Source: Candidatus Multivorans sp. | Lineage (GTDB): Bacteria; Acidobacteriota; Thermoanaerobaculia; Multivoradales; Multivoraceae | Direction: 5' to 3' | Length of the DNA stretch: 64,000 nucleotides | NCBI GenBank assembly: GCA_965247095.1 | Contig: OZ251997.1 | Location: 1,120,001-1,184,000, forward strand | The notes under the pieces: generated by a model | What the model saw: only the letters and a program-made list of their open reading frames with translations | Told to the model about the DNA's origin: nothing | The model's database searches: none | Part shown: positions 27,236 to 37,470 of the stretch, in pieces | Layout of the letters: each line of letters starts with the position of its first letter | How positions within the stretch are numbered: the first letter of the stretch is position 1 | Program-made: the position numbers and the translations under genes

Positions 27236-27508
27236 ATGCCTACAAGCTCCCCGCACCGAGACCAGCCCCTCTACTTCTTCCCGGAGCGGCGCGTGACAGG
27301 CGAGGAGCTGGACGTGATGCTCCATGGCGGAAGCAGAGAGGAACGGTGCTACGCCGTCTCCTGCATGCTCCGCTACGCCCAGTGGGAGGACATCTGGGAC
27401 TATGTTTCGCGAGACGAAGTGCGTGATCTGTTCGAGGATCTGGACCTCCCCGAAAGCCTGCGCGCCGCCTGGGCCCGGATGCTGAAGATCGAAACCGTCG
27501 CTACCTGA
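27236..27508 (+). CDS. Small hypothetical protein
   Basis: 90-aa ORF with coding-like codon usage; PLYFFPERRVT...MLRYAQWEDIWDYV...LRAAWARML. Confidence 0.65.
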   Translation: MPTSSPHRDQPLYFFPERRVTGEELDVMLHGGSREERCYAVSCMLRYAQWEDIWDYVSRDEVRDLFEDLDLPESLRAAWARMLKIETVAT

Positions 27509-27531
27509 GTTCTACCTGAGTTCTACTCGCG

Positions 27532-28536
27532 CTATCGGCGGTCGCCCATCACCAGGCCTCCCAGGCCGCCGAGCACCGAGCCCTCGCCCTTGCTCTTGCC
27601 GCCGCCCTGGGCCGCAGCCGCGAACACCCGGCTCGCGAGGCGACTGAACGGGAGAGACTGGATCCACACCTTGCCCGGTCCGGTCAGATTGGCGAAGAAG
27701 AGCCCCTCGCCCCCGAACAGCGCCGTCTTGATTCCGCTGACCATCTGGATGTCGTAGTCGACCTGGTGCTCGAACGCCACCAGGCAGCCGGTGTCGAGCC
27801 GCAACGTCTCGCCGGCGGCCAGATCCCGTTCGACGACCGTACCGCCGGCATGAACGAAGGCCAGGCCGTCTCCCTCCAGCTTCTGCAGGATGAATCCCTC
27901 GCCGCCGAACAACCCGGCGCCCAGCTTGCGCTGGAACGCGATGCCGACCGACACGCCCTTGGCGGCGCACAGGAACGCGTCCTTCTGGCACAGGATCCTG
28001 TTGTTGTGGGAGGGCAGATCGAGGGGGATGATGCGACCCGGGTAGGGCGATGCGAAGGCGACGTCCCGGCGGGCCCCGCCGCTGTTTCCGAACACCGTCA
28101 TGAACAGGGACTCGCCAGTCAGCACCCGCTTGCCGGCAGACAGCAACTTGTCCATGAAGCCGCCGCCGCCACGCTCGGAACCGTCGCCGAAGATCGTGTT
28201 CATCTCGATGCCGGGGTCCATGTACATGAACGACCCTGCCTCCGCGACACAGGCCTCGCCGGGATCGAGGGTGATCTCGACGAACTGCATCTCCTCGCCC
28301 ACGATGACGTAGTCGATCTCGTCCGCGACGCTCCCGGGCGCACGCGGGATCGAACTCCCAAAGGCCGACGCGAACTGGGGTTCGCTGACCACGGGCGCCC
28401 AGTTGCCCAGGCCCTCCCGGTACACGTGTGCGCTTCGGGAAACGGCGCCGCCACGGATCTTCTCCACGATCTCTTCGGCGAGAAAGGGTCCTTCCTGCTT
28501 GCCGGACGTGGCCAGATACCAGATGCGGTCACTCAT
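27532..28536 (-). CDS. AIM24/TIGR00266 family protein with N-terminal GYF_2 domain
   Basis: N-terminal WYL...QEGPF...VYREGLGNW; then [47 protein letters not shown]. Confidence 0.9.
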   Translation of the reverse strand: MSDRIWYLATSGKQEGPFLAEEIVEKIRGGAVSRSAHVYREGLGNWAPVVSEPQFASAFGSSIPRAPGSVADEIDYVIVGEEMQFVEITLDPGEACVAEAGSFMYMDPGIEMNTIFGDGSERGGGGFMDKLLSAGKRVLTGESLFMTVFGNSGGARRDVAFASPYPGRIIPLDLPSHNNRILCQKDAFLCAAKGVSVGIAFQRKLGAGLFGGEGFILQKLEGDGLAFVHAGGTVVERDLAAGETLRLDTGCLVAFEHQVDYDIQMVSGIKTALFGGEGLFFANLTGPGKVWIQSLPFSRLASRVFAAAAQGGGKSKGEGSVLGGLGGLVMGDRR

Positions 28537-28583
28537 CGTCACAACTCCTAAGGCCGGACGGCGCCCCTGTCGGGGCCGGTCAC

Positions 28584-29417
28584 CTATCGTGGGGCGTCGG
28601 GATCGTAGCCTACGATCCGCACCTCGAACACCCACGGCCAGTACTTGCCCGTCAGCAGGAAAGTCCCCGTATCGGGCCGGTAGGCGATTCCGTTCAGCAC
28701 ATCGGCCGCGGCCGCCTCCTCCCTGGTCAACAGACCCGACGCGTCGATGACGGCGACCACCGAGCCGGAAGCGGATTCGATCACGGCAATCTCGTCGCTC
28801 CCGTAGAGGTTCGCGAAGAGGAGATCGTCAACCAGTTCGAGCTCGTTCAGGTCGGGAAGCGGCATGCCCTGCGTTGTCACCCGCAGCCGCCGGCGCACCT
28901 CTAGAGTACGGGGATCGCGGAGGGTCAGAACCGGTGTGCCGTCGCTCATGATCAGGTCGGAACCGTCGTAGGCCAGTCCCCAGCCCTCACCGTCGTATCG
29001 GATTCGACTCTGCTCCCGCAGTGGGTCGAGCGACCAGATGAGCGCCTCGCCCCGCCGCCAGGTGAGCTGAACGAGCCGCTCGCCGGCATCCGGCACGAGG
29101 GTGATGCCCTCTCCGAACAGTCTCTGGTCCAGGTCCACCCGCGCCAGTTCCTCGCCGTCGCTCCAGCGCCACGCGCGCAGGCTGGAGGCGCCGTACGAGC
29201 CGGTGCTCTCATACACCACGCCTTCGCGCCACAGCAGTCCCTGCGTGTAGGCCTTGAGGTCGTGCGGACGCCGGTCCAGTACTTCGATCCGCCAGAGCTC
29301 GGGCGGCCGCGCCGCCTGCGTACCGGTCCCCCCCGTCACGAAACCGCTCGACTCCGCCGGCGTGCACCCGGCCGCCGGGCAAAGGGAGAGGGCTAGAGCC
29401 AGGCAGCAGCCGCGCAT
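28584..29417 (-). CDS. Glutaminyl-peptide cyclotransferase (plant/bacterial beta-propeller type), probable lipoprotein
   Basis: PHD..AYTQGL, YESTG.YG.S, FGEGIT, QLTW, EGWGL, MSDG, LNELE, VLNGIA, TGKYWP; N-terminal AAGC lipobox-like motif. Confidence 0.93.
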   Translation of the reverse strand: MRGCCLALALSLCPAAGCTPAESSGFVTGGTGTQAARPPELWRIEVLDRRPHDLKAYTQGLLWREGVVYESTGSYGASSLRAWRWSDGEELARVDLDQRLFGEGITLVPDAGERLVQLTWRRGEALIWSLDPLREQSRIRYDGEGWGLAYDGSDLIMSDGTPVLTLRDPRTLEVRRRLRVTTQGMPLPDLNELELVDDLLFANLYGSDEIAVIESASGSVVAVIDASGLLTREEAAAADVLNGIAYRPDTGTFLLTGKYWPWVFEVRIVGYDPDAPR

Positions 29418-29505
29418 CCGGGACACGCTACCAGCCCATTTTCCGAAGTCCCGCGGGGCCCGCCCCTTGACCGTTGTCCACGAGGTTGGAAGAGTGGCGC
29501 ACGCC

Positions 29506-31095
29506 ATGAACGCCTCCTTCGTCCGCAGAATCTCCCTGGTCGCCGCCGGCGCGCTGCTCGCGGCTGCCTGGTTCGCGTTCGCGCAGCCGGCCGCCGACGC
29601 GCCGCTAACCAGTCCGCGCGAGACGATGCGCGTCTTCCTCGAGGCGTTCGCGACCGAAGACGGCCGCCCGGACCTGGATGCCGCGGCAGCCTGCCTGGAC
29701 CTCGGCGACCTTCCCTTCCCCGTCCGCGCCCGGCAGGGCCGGAACCTGGCGAACGAGCTGAAACACGTGATCGACCGGCTCGAGCTCGTGGAGTTCGACG
29801 CCATCCCGGAAGACGGCGAGCTCGAAGGGTGGGTGTTCAGCGACGAACTGTCGGCGCCGATCGTCCTGGCGCCGGACAGTGAAGGCCGCTGGCTGTTCAA
29901 CCGGGCAACGGTCGCCGCAATCGGGGCCCTGTACCAGGAAGTGCGTGAGCGCACCGTGGTCGAGGGCGTCGAGGAAGCTCCGGTCACCGCCACGATGTGG
30001 CTTCGGGACCGCATTCCGGAGTCCCTTGGCACCGGCGGCTTCATCCTCTACCCGTGGCAGTGGCTGGCCCTGCCGCTCCTGCTCCTGCTCGGCCTCCTGA
30101 TCGACCGGATCGTCGTCTGGACCGCCTACGGCCTGCTCGCGAAGCCCCTGAGCGGCCGCTACGAGAACCTCGACCTGGCCGGAGCGCGCCGCATTCTGCG
30201 GCCCACCGGCCTGCTGGGTCTGGCCGCGGCGTGGTGGCTGGGAATCCAATGGTTGGGCTTGGCCCCACAGGTCGACGCCTGGCTCGATACGACCCTCCTC
30301 GTGCTCCTGCTGCTGGCTCTGGGCCGAGCCGCCTTCGCCCAGATCGACCTTCTGGGAACGGCCCTGCGGGCTCGCGCCGCCAGGAGCGAGAACCGGTTCC
30401 AGGACCAGTTGGTTCCATTTGTCACGAAGACCCTGAAGCTGGCAGCCGGAATCTTCGGCGCCGTCTTTCTGATCGCCCGGCTGGGCGGAGACGTCACCGC
30501 GCTGCTCGCCGGCCTGGGCCTGAGCGGATTGGCCGTGGCGCTCGCGGCACAAGACCTGCTCAAGAACATCTTCGGCTCGATCACGGTGCTCCTCGACCGC
30601 CCGTTCCGGGTCGGCGACTGGATCAAGATCGGCGATGTCGAGGGGGTGGTCGAAGAGGTGGGCTTCCGGAGCACCCGCGTCCGCACCTTCTACGCCTCCC
30701 TGATCACCCTGCCCAACGCCCGCCTGATCGACGCCTCAGTCGACAACTACGGCGCCAGACGCTTCCGGCGCTGGAGCACCCACATCCAGATCACCTACGA
30801 CACGCCGCCAGCCAGCGTCGACGCGTTCTGCGAGGGCATCCGGCAGCTCGTGCGCGACAACGAATCGATGCGGCAGGACGCGTTCGAGATCCACCTGAAC
30901 GAGTTCGGCCCCCACGCGCTCGAGATCATGCTCTACGTCTTCTTCCTGGCGCCGGACTGGAGTACCGAGTTGCGGCGCCGCCACGATCTGGCCCTGGACA
31001 TCCTGCGTCTCGCGGACCGCCTGGGCGTCCGGATCGCCTTCCCCACCCAGACGATTCAGTTGGCGCCGTCGCCTCGGGAAGACTCGGAAGTCTGA
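29506..31095 (+). CDS. MscS family mechanosensitive channel with periplasmic N-terminal domain
   Basis: SPRETMRVFL, LLAGLGLSGLAVALAAQD, RPFRVGDWI, VEEVGFRSTRVR, IAFPTQ. Confidence 0.93.
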   Translation: MNASFVRRISLVAAGALLAAAWFAFAQPAADAPLTSPRETMRVFLEAFATEDGRPDLDAAAACLDLGDLPFPVRARQGRNLANELKHVIDRLELVEFDAIPEDGELEGWVFSDELSAPIVLAPDSEGRWLFNRATVAAIGALYQEVRERTVVEGVEEAPVTATMWLRDRIPESLGTGGFILYPWQWLALPLLLLLGLLIDRIVVWTAYGLLAKPLSGRYENLDLAGARRILRPTGLLGLAAAWWLGIQWLGLAPQVDAWLDTTLLVLLLLALGRAAFAQIDLLGTALRARAARSENRFQDQLVPFVTKTLKLAAGIFGAVFLIARLGGDVTALLAGLGLSGLAVALAAQDLLKNIFGSITVLLDRPFRVGDWIKIGDVEGVVEEVGFRSTRVRTFYASLITLPNARLIDASVDNYGARRFRRWSTHIQITYDTPPASVDAFCEGIRQLVRDNESMRQDAFEIHLNEFGPHALEIMLYVFFLAPDWSTELRRRHDLALDILRLADRLGVRIAFPTQTIQLAPSPREDSEV

Positions 31096-34000
31096 ACGGC
31101 GGGCAGGACGATTCGCACCGAGAGTCCTCCCTCGGCCCTCCTTGTGGCCGTAATCGTGCCGCCGTGTTCCTCCACGATGCGCCGGGCGATAGGAAGACCC
31201 AGGCCCGTACCGCCACTCGAGGTCGAGAAGTAGGGCTCGAAGATGCGTTCCAGGTCGGTGTCCGAGACACCCCGGCCTCTGTCATCCACGGTGACGCCGA
31301 GCGCGCCGTCCCCGTCGGCCGGCGCCACGGTGACCCGGACCTCGCCTCCGCCCGCACTCGCGCTGAGGGCGTTCTCGAGCAGGTTGCGGACCGCACGCTG
31401 CACCAGCCGCCGATCGAAGGGAAGCTGCGCCGCCTCCGCGTCCACCTCCGACTCGAAGATCACGTTCACACCGTCCGGCGGGGGGTGGCGATAGCCGTCC
31501 ACAACCTCACGAACCGCAGCAGCCAGGTCCCCGGGCGCCAGCCGGGCCAGGGGAATTCTGCTGTAGGTCGAAAACTCGCCGGCCGTGTGCGCCAGTTCGT
31601 CAACCTGAACCAGGATGTTGTCGGTGCAGCGCTCGAAGATCTCGTCCAGCCGCTCCGGGGCATCACGCCACACCTGCCGCAGATGCTCGGTCGAGAGGCG
31701 GATCGGGGTCAGCGGGTTCTTCACTTCGTGGGCGATCAGCCGCGCCATCTCGGCCCAGGCCTCCAGACGCTGTGCCGCCTCCTCCCGGGCGCGGGTCGAG
31801 GCGATCCGGGCCGCCATGCCGTCGATGGCAGCGGCAAGCGTCTTCAGCTCCGTCTCCTGCGGCTCGAAGCCGAGTGAGGCCGCGCCGCCGGCGATCCGGC
31901 CGGCGCCGTCGATCATTCGCATCAGCGGACGGGTGAACCCGCGCGCGAGGCGAGCACCGACGGTGACCAGCAACAGCACCAGTGCCGTCGTGATGACCAG
32001 GGTCTGCCGCCTCAGGGCCCCGAGTTCGCGGGTGGCCGCCTCCTGTTGCGCCAGTAGCGGCACCGATACGAACAGACCTGATTCCCCCGGACGCTCCTCC
32101 CCCAGGGACACCGGGGTGTACAGCTCCAGGTAGGAGGCACCCCGGCCCGCCGTCTGGACGCGGGCGGCAGTCGGGTGGCCGAGCAGCGCCAGCCTGCTGT
32201 ACACGTTCCCGGGAATGCGCTTCGGCATCAGGCCGGCGGTGAAGAGGTCCGGCTTGCTCGATGCGTAGACGCTGCCTCGCCAGTACAGGTTCACTTCGTG
32301 CCCCACGACTTCCGCGAGCCAGGCCAGGAGCTCGTCGTCCAACTGGGCGTCCATCGAGAATCCCGCCTCCAGACCGAGGAGAAAGTCCGTCAGAACGTAC
32401 TCGAGAGACACGAGGGCAGTACGGCCGGCTACTTCCTGCTCGGCCTGCATCCGGGCGCCGAGATTGCGGAAGAGCAACCCGTTGAGCAGCGTCAGCGGCA
32501 CGATCGCGATCAGAGCGAGCACGGCCGTGAGCCGGACCGAGTAGCGTCGGATATCGGGCAGGAGGCTCCCACGCAGTTTCGCTGTCGGCAGGCCGATCAG
32601 GAGGACGGCGATCGCCACGGCAGACACAGCCAGCACCAGCCGCGCGGCGACCGTAGCGATCCTCCAGAGGCGCTCCGCCACCGCCTGCTCGGGCAGCAGC
32701 GCGACAACCCAGAGGCCTTCGAGGCTGGTGGGACTGAACCAGGCCAAGGCCGGTCCAGCCGGTGTCTCGACGCGCATGGTCCGGCGCGGATCCACAGCCT
32801 CCGAAGGCGCCGGCAACAGCCAGTCCTCCTGCCACGGTGAGACAAGCGGCCGTCCCGCGCCGTCGACATAGGCGAGGAGCGCCCTTCCCGGCGGATTCGA
32901 GCCGCTCCGGCTTTGGCCCGGGCCACCCCGGAGCAGGCGCAGCTCGAGTGCGGCGCCAGCTCCCGAGGTCACGCTGCTCCAGACATCGACCTCCGGAAAA
33001 GCCGCCGTCCAGTAGCGGACCGCACCCCAGTCCTGTCCCGCGGAAACCACCGTGACCTCGCCCGACGCGCTGCGCTGCTGCTGCCAGACCGGCAGGCCGC
33101 CGCGCGGCCAGCGCGCGCTGCCGACCGCGAGGTCGCCGGTCGCCGCGTCGACCGGCAAGCCGTAGGAGAAAGTCGAAACCTCGTCCTCCCGGATCACGGC
33201 GAGAGCCGAGAACGTCTCGGAAGCGGCCAGGGGCGACCGGCGCCAAAGCTCCAGAGCCAGATCCTGGTGATCGTCGAGCTCGTTCGGATCGCCCAGGGCC
33301 AGTTCCCTCAAGTCGCTCGCGGTCACGAAGGCACTCGCTCTTCGCGCCAGCGCCGCGACTTCCTCGGGATCCGGAGCATCGAGACCGTCTCGAACACCCT
33401 CGGATAGCAGCGCACGCAGAGCGGGCGTGTGCGTGGCTTCGGCAAGCAGGCCGACACCGATAGCCGCCGCGGTCGCGGTCAGCAGAACGTGCATCCAGTC
33501 ACGGCCGTCCGGCCAACCGGCGGCCCAGAGCGCGGTCCCGGCGAGCAGAACCCAAGCCGTCAGCAGGACCACCCAGTGCCCGATCGGGCCCCCGAATGAA
33601 CCTCCCAGATCCGCCGGCGCCCCCGCCGCGTCGGTCCCCCAGATCTGCCACCGATAGAGCCCGTAGCCCACTGCCGAGCAGGCCCCGGTCAGGCCAAGCG
33701 CCGCCGCCGCGGGCCGCGGCCTCATAGGCGCCCCACTGCTCCAGCGGCGGAAGGCCCAGACAAGCGACAAGCCGACGCCGAGAGTGAGCACCGCCAGGGC
33801 GAGCGAGCCGGCGGCTCCTGATCTTCTCTCGGAGGCCGGCTCGAATCGCAACCGCAACCAGGGTCCCGGAACGCCGTCCGGCGGCGCGAGTTCTCGAATA
33901 CCGTTTGCCTCCAGGGCCGGCGTCAGAGGTTCCGCGGAGTGATCCCGCACGGACCACCTGACGCCGTAGCGCCGCAGTCCGAACGGTGTTTGGACCGGCA

Positions 34001-34517
34001 ATGTGTCGGTCGGAAAACTGTTGCCGACGACCAACCGCCAGCCGCCCTCACCCGTGCTCATGTCGACAGCCGCGTACAACGAAACTGCCGTGAAGCCGGC
34101 GGTCTGGTTGATGCCTCCGGGCAGGAGGCGATCGAGGGGAAGATCGTGCCTCAGCCCTGAGCCGCCCCAGGCCTGGGCCAGGCCGTCGGAATCGACCAGG
34201 ACCAGGGTGCGGCCGCCCGCGCGACCGGCCCGATCCAACTCCTCGAACACACTCTGTCTGGCCTGCGCCGAGCCGAGCGGGACCGTCCCGGTCCGGCGGA
34301 CACCCTCCGCCGCGCGTTCGGCGTCCGCCAACAGCTCCAGCAGCAGTTCCTGGTAGGCCGTTTCCATCGCGGCGATCTGCCCCCGAGTCGGAAGCGGCGG
34401 CTCGTCGCTCCGCGACCATCGCTCGACCGCCAACAGGATCGCGGCCAGCGCGAACAGGCCGACGACGATGCGAAGCTCAGCAGTCCCCCCGCCGCGCTCG
34501 TCCGCGGAGGCCGCCAT
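31056..34517 (-). CDS. Large multi-TM sensor histidine kinase (HAMP-HisKA-HATPase, NtrY-like C-terminus)
   Basis: AWAEMARLIAHEVKNPLTPI, NLLENA, DRGRG, FEPYFST, GTGLGL. Confidence 0.9.
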   Translation of the reverse strand: MAASADERGGGTAELRIVVGLFALAAILLAVERWSRSDEPPLPTRGQIAAMETAYQELLLELLADAERAAEGVRRTGTVPLGSAQARQSVFEELDRAGRAGGRTLVLVDSDGLAQAWGGSGLRHDLPLDRLLPGGINQTAGFTAVSLYAAVDMSTGEGGWRLVVGNSFPTDTLPVQTPFGLRRYGVRWSVRDHSAEPLTPALEANGIRELAPPDGVPGPWLRLRFEPASERRSGAAGSLALAVLTLGVGLSLVWAFRRWSSGAPMRPRPAAAALGLTGACSAVGYGLYRWQIWGTDAAGAPADLGGSFGGPIGHWVVLLTAWVLLAGTALWAAGWPDGRDWMHVLLTATAAAIGVGLLAEATHTPALRALLSEGVRDGLDAPDPEEVAALARRASAFVTASDLRELALGDPNELDDHQDLALELWRRSPLAASETFSALAVIREDEVSTFSYGLPVDAATGDLAVGSARWPRGGLPVWQQQRSASGEVTVVSAGQDWGAVRYWTAAFPEVDVWSSVTSGAGAALELRLLRGGPGQSRSGSNPPGRALLAYVDGAGRPLVSPWQEDWLLPAPSEAVDPRRTMRVETPAGPALAWFSPTSLEGLWVVALLPEQAVAERLWRIATVAARLVLAVSAVAIAVLLIGLPTAKLRGSLLPDIRRYSVRLTAVLALIAIVPLTLLNGLLFRNLGARMQAEQEVAGRTALVSLEYVLTDFLLGLEAGFSMDAQLDDELLAWLAEVVGHEVNLYWRGSVYASSKPDLFTAGLMPKRIPGNVYSRLALLGHPTAARVQTAGRGASYLELYTPVSLGEERPGESGLFVSVPLLAQQEAATRELGALRRQTLVITTALVLLLVTVGARLARGFTRPLMRMIDGAGRIAGGAASLGFEPQETELKTLAAAIDGMAARIASTRAREEAAQRLEAWAEMARLIAHEVKNPLTPIRLSTEHLRQVWRDAPERLDEIFERCTDNILVQVDELAHTAGEFSTYSRIPLARLAPGDLAAAVREVVDGYRHPPPDGVNVIFESEVDAEAAQLPFDRRLVQRAVRNLLENALSASAGGGEVRVTVAPADGDGALGVTVDDRGRGVSDTDLERIFEPYFSTSSGGTGLGLPIARRIVEEHGGTITATRRAEGGLSVRIVLPAVQTSESSRGDGAN

Positions 34518-34585
34518 CGGTCAGTCGCTGCCAAACGCGCTGTGAACCCGACGCATGCTGTATGCCCCACGCATCAAAGAGGATT

Positions 34586-35248
34586 CTACGCCTCTGTCGC
34601 CCGCACCGACCGGAGAATCCGGGCCACGATCCGATCGGCCTCACCGGTCGAAGTATCGATCATCTCGTAGCTTGCATCGCGCCGCAGCGGCGAGGCGCTG
34701 CGGCGGCTGTCGCGCTCGTCCCGGGCCTCGATCTCCCGCCTGAGCCGCTCGCGGTCGCCGGCATCCTGGCCGCCAAGTTGGCGCAGACGTCTCTCCGTCC
34801 GGACTTCGAGCGGCGCGTCGAGAAAGAACTTGTGCCTCGTCTGGGGGAACACGACCGTGCCGATGTCGCGGCCCTCGACCACCGCGCCCTCCCTGGCAGC
34901 GAACTCCCGCTGCTTTGCGACCAGCCAGGAACGCACCTGGGAATGAACCGCGACCCGCGAGGTCGCCGCGTCGACCCGGGGAGTTCGAAGCCGGGGTCCC
35001 GGAGCGAAGCCGTCGATGACCACCTCCGCTTCGGCTGCCCGGATACGCAGCTCGAACCCGATCCTCCCGATCAACTCCACCATCGCCGACTCCTCGGCCG
35101 GGTCAAGACCGTCCTTCAGCGCCTTCCACGCGACCGCACGGTACATGGCGCCCGTGTCGAGATAGGGAACGCTGAGTTCCGCCGCGACCCTCCGGGCCAC
35201 GGTGCTCTTGCCGACGCCGGCCGGGCCGTCGATGGCGACAATCGTCAC
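34586..35248 (-). CDS. cmk: Cytidylate kinase
   Basis: IDGPAGVGKST, LDTGAMYR, EGRDIGTVVFP, RDERD. Confidence 0.96.
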   Translation of the reverse strand: MTIVAIDGPAGVGKSTVARRVAAELSVPYLDTGAMYRAVAWKALKDGLDPAEESAMVELIGRIGFELRIRAAEAEVVIDGFAPGPRLRTPRVDAATSRVAVHSQVRSWLVAKQREFAAREGAVVEGRDIGTVVFPQTRHKFFLDAPLEVRTERRLRQLGGQDAGDRERLRREIEARDERDSRRSASPLRRDASYEMIDTSTGEADRIVARILRSVRATEA

Positions 35249-36060
35249 CGACGCCGTGGTCCCCGTCGGTGGCCGCCGCTGGAACGCTTTCCCGAGCTCG
35301 GCCCCGAACCGGCTCGCAGGGTCGCTACTTCTCCGGGCGAGAGCTCGCGCCAGCTCCCGGGTCGGAGTTCGGCATCCTCGAGACGGCCGATCGCCACCCG
35401 GCGCAGTCGTTGCACCGGGTGGCCGACGCGGAAGAACATCTCTCGTAACTGCCGGGTCCTCCCTTCACGCAGTTCCATCTCCCACCAACTCGACGACCGG
35501 GCGATCCTGCCTCCCCGTCGTGTTCGCACCTGGCGCGGCGTCACCGGCGCCGTTCGCCGGCCCGCGATGAACATGCCTCGTCCGAGTCGCTCGACCGCTG
35601 CCTTGCCGGGGAAACCCCGGACCTTGACCAGATACCGCTTGGAGCATCCGAAGCGGGGATGGGTCAGGCGGTTGGCGAGATCGCCGTCGTCGGTGAACAG
35701 GAGCAGACCTTCGGTTCCGTAGTCGAGCCGTCCGACGGGCTTGAGCCGTCCGCGCCACCTCTCGGGGAGGAGGTCCATGACCGTGGGGCGCCCTTCCGGG
35801 TCGCTGCGGGTCGTTACGTGGCCTGCCGGCTTGTTCAGCAAGACGTAGAGCGCCGCGGCAGTCTGCGAGATGGGTTCGCCGTCGACCCGCACCGTCTCCG
35901 TTCCCCTTCCCCGCTGCCCTACACGGTCGCCGAGCACCGCGACCCGATCGCCGATCGTGACCCGACCGGCTCGAATCAGATCCTCCGCGGCTCGGCGTGA
36001 GGCGACGCCGGCGCGGGACAGGATCTTCTGTAGCCGCTCTCCTCTCGGTTCCTCAGCCAT
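35245..36060 (-). CDS. rluB: RsuA/RluB family pseudouridine synthase
   Basis: RLQKILSRAGVASRR, NKPAG, VGRLD, EGRTRQLR; scpA-scpB-rluB-cmk synteny. Confidence 0.88.
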   Translation of the reverse strand: MAEEPRGERLQKILSRAGVASRRAAEDLIRAGRVTIGDRVAVLGDRVGQRGRGTETVRVDGEPISQTAAALYVLLNKPAGHVTTRSDPEGRPTVMDLLPERWRGRLKPVGRLDYGTEGLLLFTDDGDLANRLTHPRFGCSKRYLVKVRGFPGKAAVERLGRGMFIAGRRTAPVTPRQVRTRRGGRIARSSSWWEMELREGRTRQLREMFFRVGHPVQRLRRVAIGRLEDAELRPGSWRELSPGEVATLRAGSGPSSGKRSSGGHRRGPRRR

Positions 36061-36670
36061 CGATCGGTTCCGCCGGCGCAAAGGCAATCGCGGTCTGGGG
36101 CGGATCTTCCTCGGCTGCGGCCAGGAAGGTCTCTTCGAACTCCTCCAGCGGCGGTAGTTCAGAGAGCGAGCGCAGACCGAAGTGCAGCAGAAAGTCGCGC
36201 GTCGTGGCGTAGAGGAAGGGACTCCCGACGACTTCCTTGCGACCGGAGATCCGGATCAACCGGCGCTCGAGGAGAGTCTTCAACACGCCCGAGGAGTTCC
36301 TGCTCCGCAGCTCCTGGATCTCCGGGCTCGTGACCGGCTGGCGGTAGGCGACGATCGCCAGCGTCTCCACTGCCGCCATGGACAGCCTGCTGCGGCCGGC
36401 AACCTCGAAGAACTTGCGGAGGTAAGGGTGAAGGTCGGACCGGGTCACCAGACGGTACCCCCCGCCGGCACGGTCCAGGACGACGCCGCGGTTCGGCGGC
36501 GCGCCCGTACCGTCGACCCGGTAGCGGCCGAGAACCGCCTCCAGCGCCTCAGCCGCGCGTTCCCGATCCTGTTCGGGGAACACCTCGAGGAGCTTCGCCT
36601 CGGGTTGAGGATCGGGGCTGGCGAAGAGCAGCGCCTCGAACACCGCCTCCATCTCGGCCGTGTGGGTCAT
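36053..36670 (-). CDS. scpB: SMC-Scp complex subunit ScpB
   Basis: EALLFAS, GGYRL, LSMAAVETLAIVAYRQP, FLLHFGL..L.ELP. Confidence 0.95.
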   Translation of the reverse strand: MTHTAEMEAVFEALLFASPDPQPEAKLLEVFPEQDRERAAEALEAVLGRYRVDGTGAPPNRGVVLDRAGGGYRLVTRSDLHPYLRKFFEVAGRSRLSMAAVETLAIVAYRQPVTSPEIQELRSRNSSGVLKTLLERRLIRISGRKEVVGSPFLYATTRDFLLHFGLRSLSELPPLEEFEETFLAAAEEDPPQTAIAFAPAEPIDG

Positions 36671-37470
36671 CCGGTGAGATCCTCCAGCAGAACCGGATCC
36701 AGCGCCCGCGTGGTGCGGAACAGGAAGACGGCGCCGGTGTCGGATGCGTGGAGCCGGACCAGGTTGAGCCGGGCCATCTCCAGCACCGCCAGGAAACAGG
36801 CGATCGCTTCCGCCCGGCTCGACAGCGCGAACAGGTCATCCTTCAGATCGAGCGACCGTCCACCCTCGAAGCGGCTGAGGAGCCGCTCGATCTGGCCCCG
36901 GACGGTAAAGGTCTCGCCCTCGTAGATCAGCGGACTGGGGTGCTCTTCGTCGTGGCGCTTCAGCACCCCGCGCAGCACCTGGAGCAGGTCGTACAGCGAC
37001 AGATCACCCATGTCGAACTCGTCGTCCTCACCGGGCCCCACGTTTTCCCTGGCGCCGCGGGTCCAGAGCCCATGGCGCAGGTCGTCGACTTCGGCCAGGG
37101 TCTGTGCAGCCTCCTTGAGCCGCTGGTACTCCAGCAACCGTTCGATCAGTTCCCGGCGCGGATCTTCCGGCGCCGCACCCGGCACGGGTTCGGGTTGCGG
37201 CAGCAACACTCTGGCCTTGAGCTGAATCAGGACCGCCGCTTCGTAGATGTACTCGGCGGCGATGTCGAGATCGAGTTCGTCCAGCAGGCCAAGGTACTCA
37301 TGGAACTGATCGCAGATCAGGGCAACCGGAATGTCCGTGATCTCGATCTCGCTGACTCGCACCAGGTGAAGCAACAGATCGAGGGGACCCTCGAACTCCG
37401 GTAGTTCGACCCGCCAGGAGGCCGGCAGCAAACTGGTTGCCGCCCGAGCGCTGGCGGGTCCTGAGATCAT
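36667..37470 (-). CDS. scpA: Segregation/condensation protein A
   Basis: FEGPLDLLLHL, LKARVLLP, RLLEYQRLK, FLAVLE. Confidence 0.95.
   Translation of the reverse strand: MISGPASARAATSLLPASWRVELPEFEGPLDLLLHLVRVSEIEITDIPVALICDQFHEYLGLLDELDLDIAAEYIYEAAVLIQLKARVLLPQPEPVPGAAPEDPRRELIERLLEYQRLKEAAQTLAEVDDLRHGLWTRGARENVGPGEDDEFDMGDLSLYDLLQVLRGVLKRHDEEHPSPLIYEGETFTVRGQIERLLSRFEGGRSLDLKDDLFALSSRAEAIACFLAVLEMARLNLVRLHASDTGAVFLFRTTRALDPVLLEDLTG

Noticed and set aside
29254-30044. Long N-terminal extensions making the glutaminyl cyclase and mscS overlap head-to-head
   Set aside because: Better starts with signal peptides at 29417 (-) and 29506 (+) give an ordinary divergent pair.
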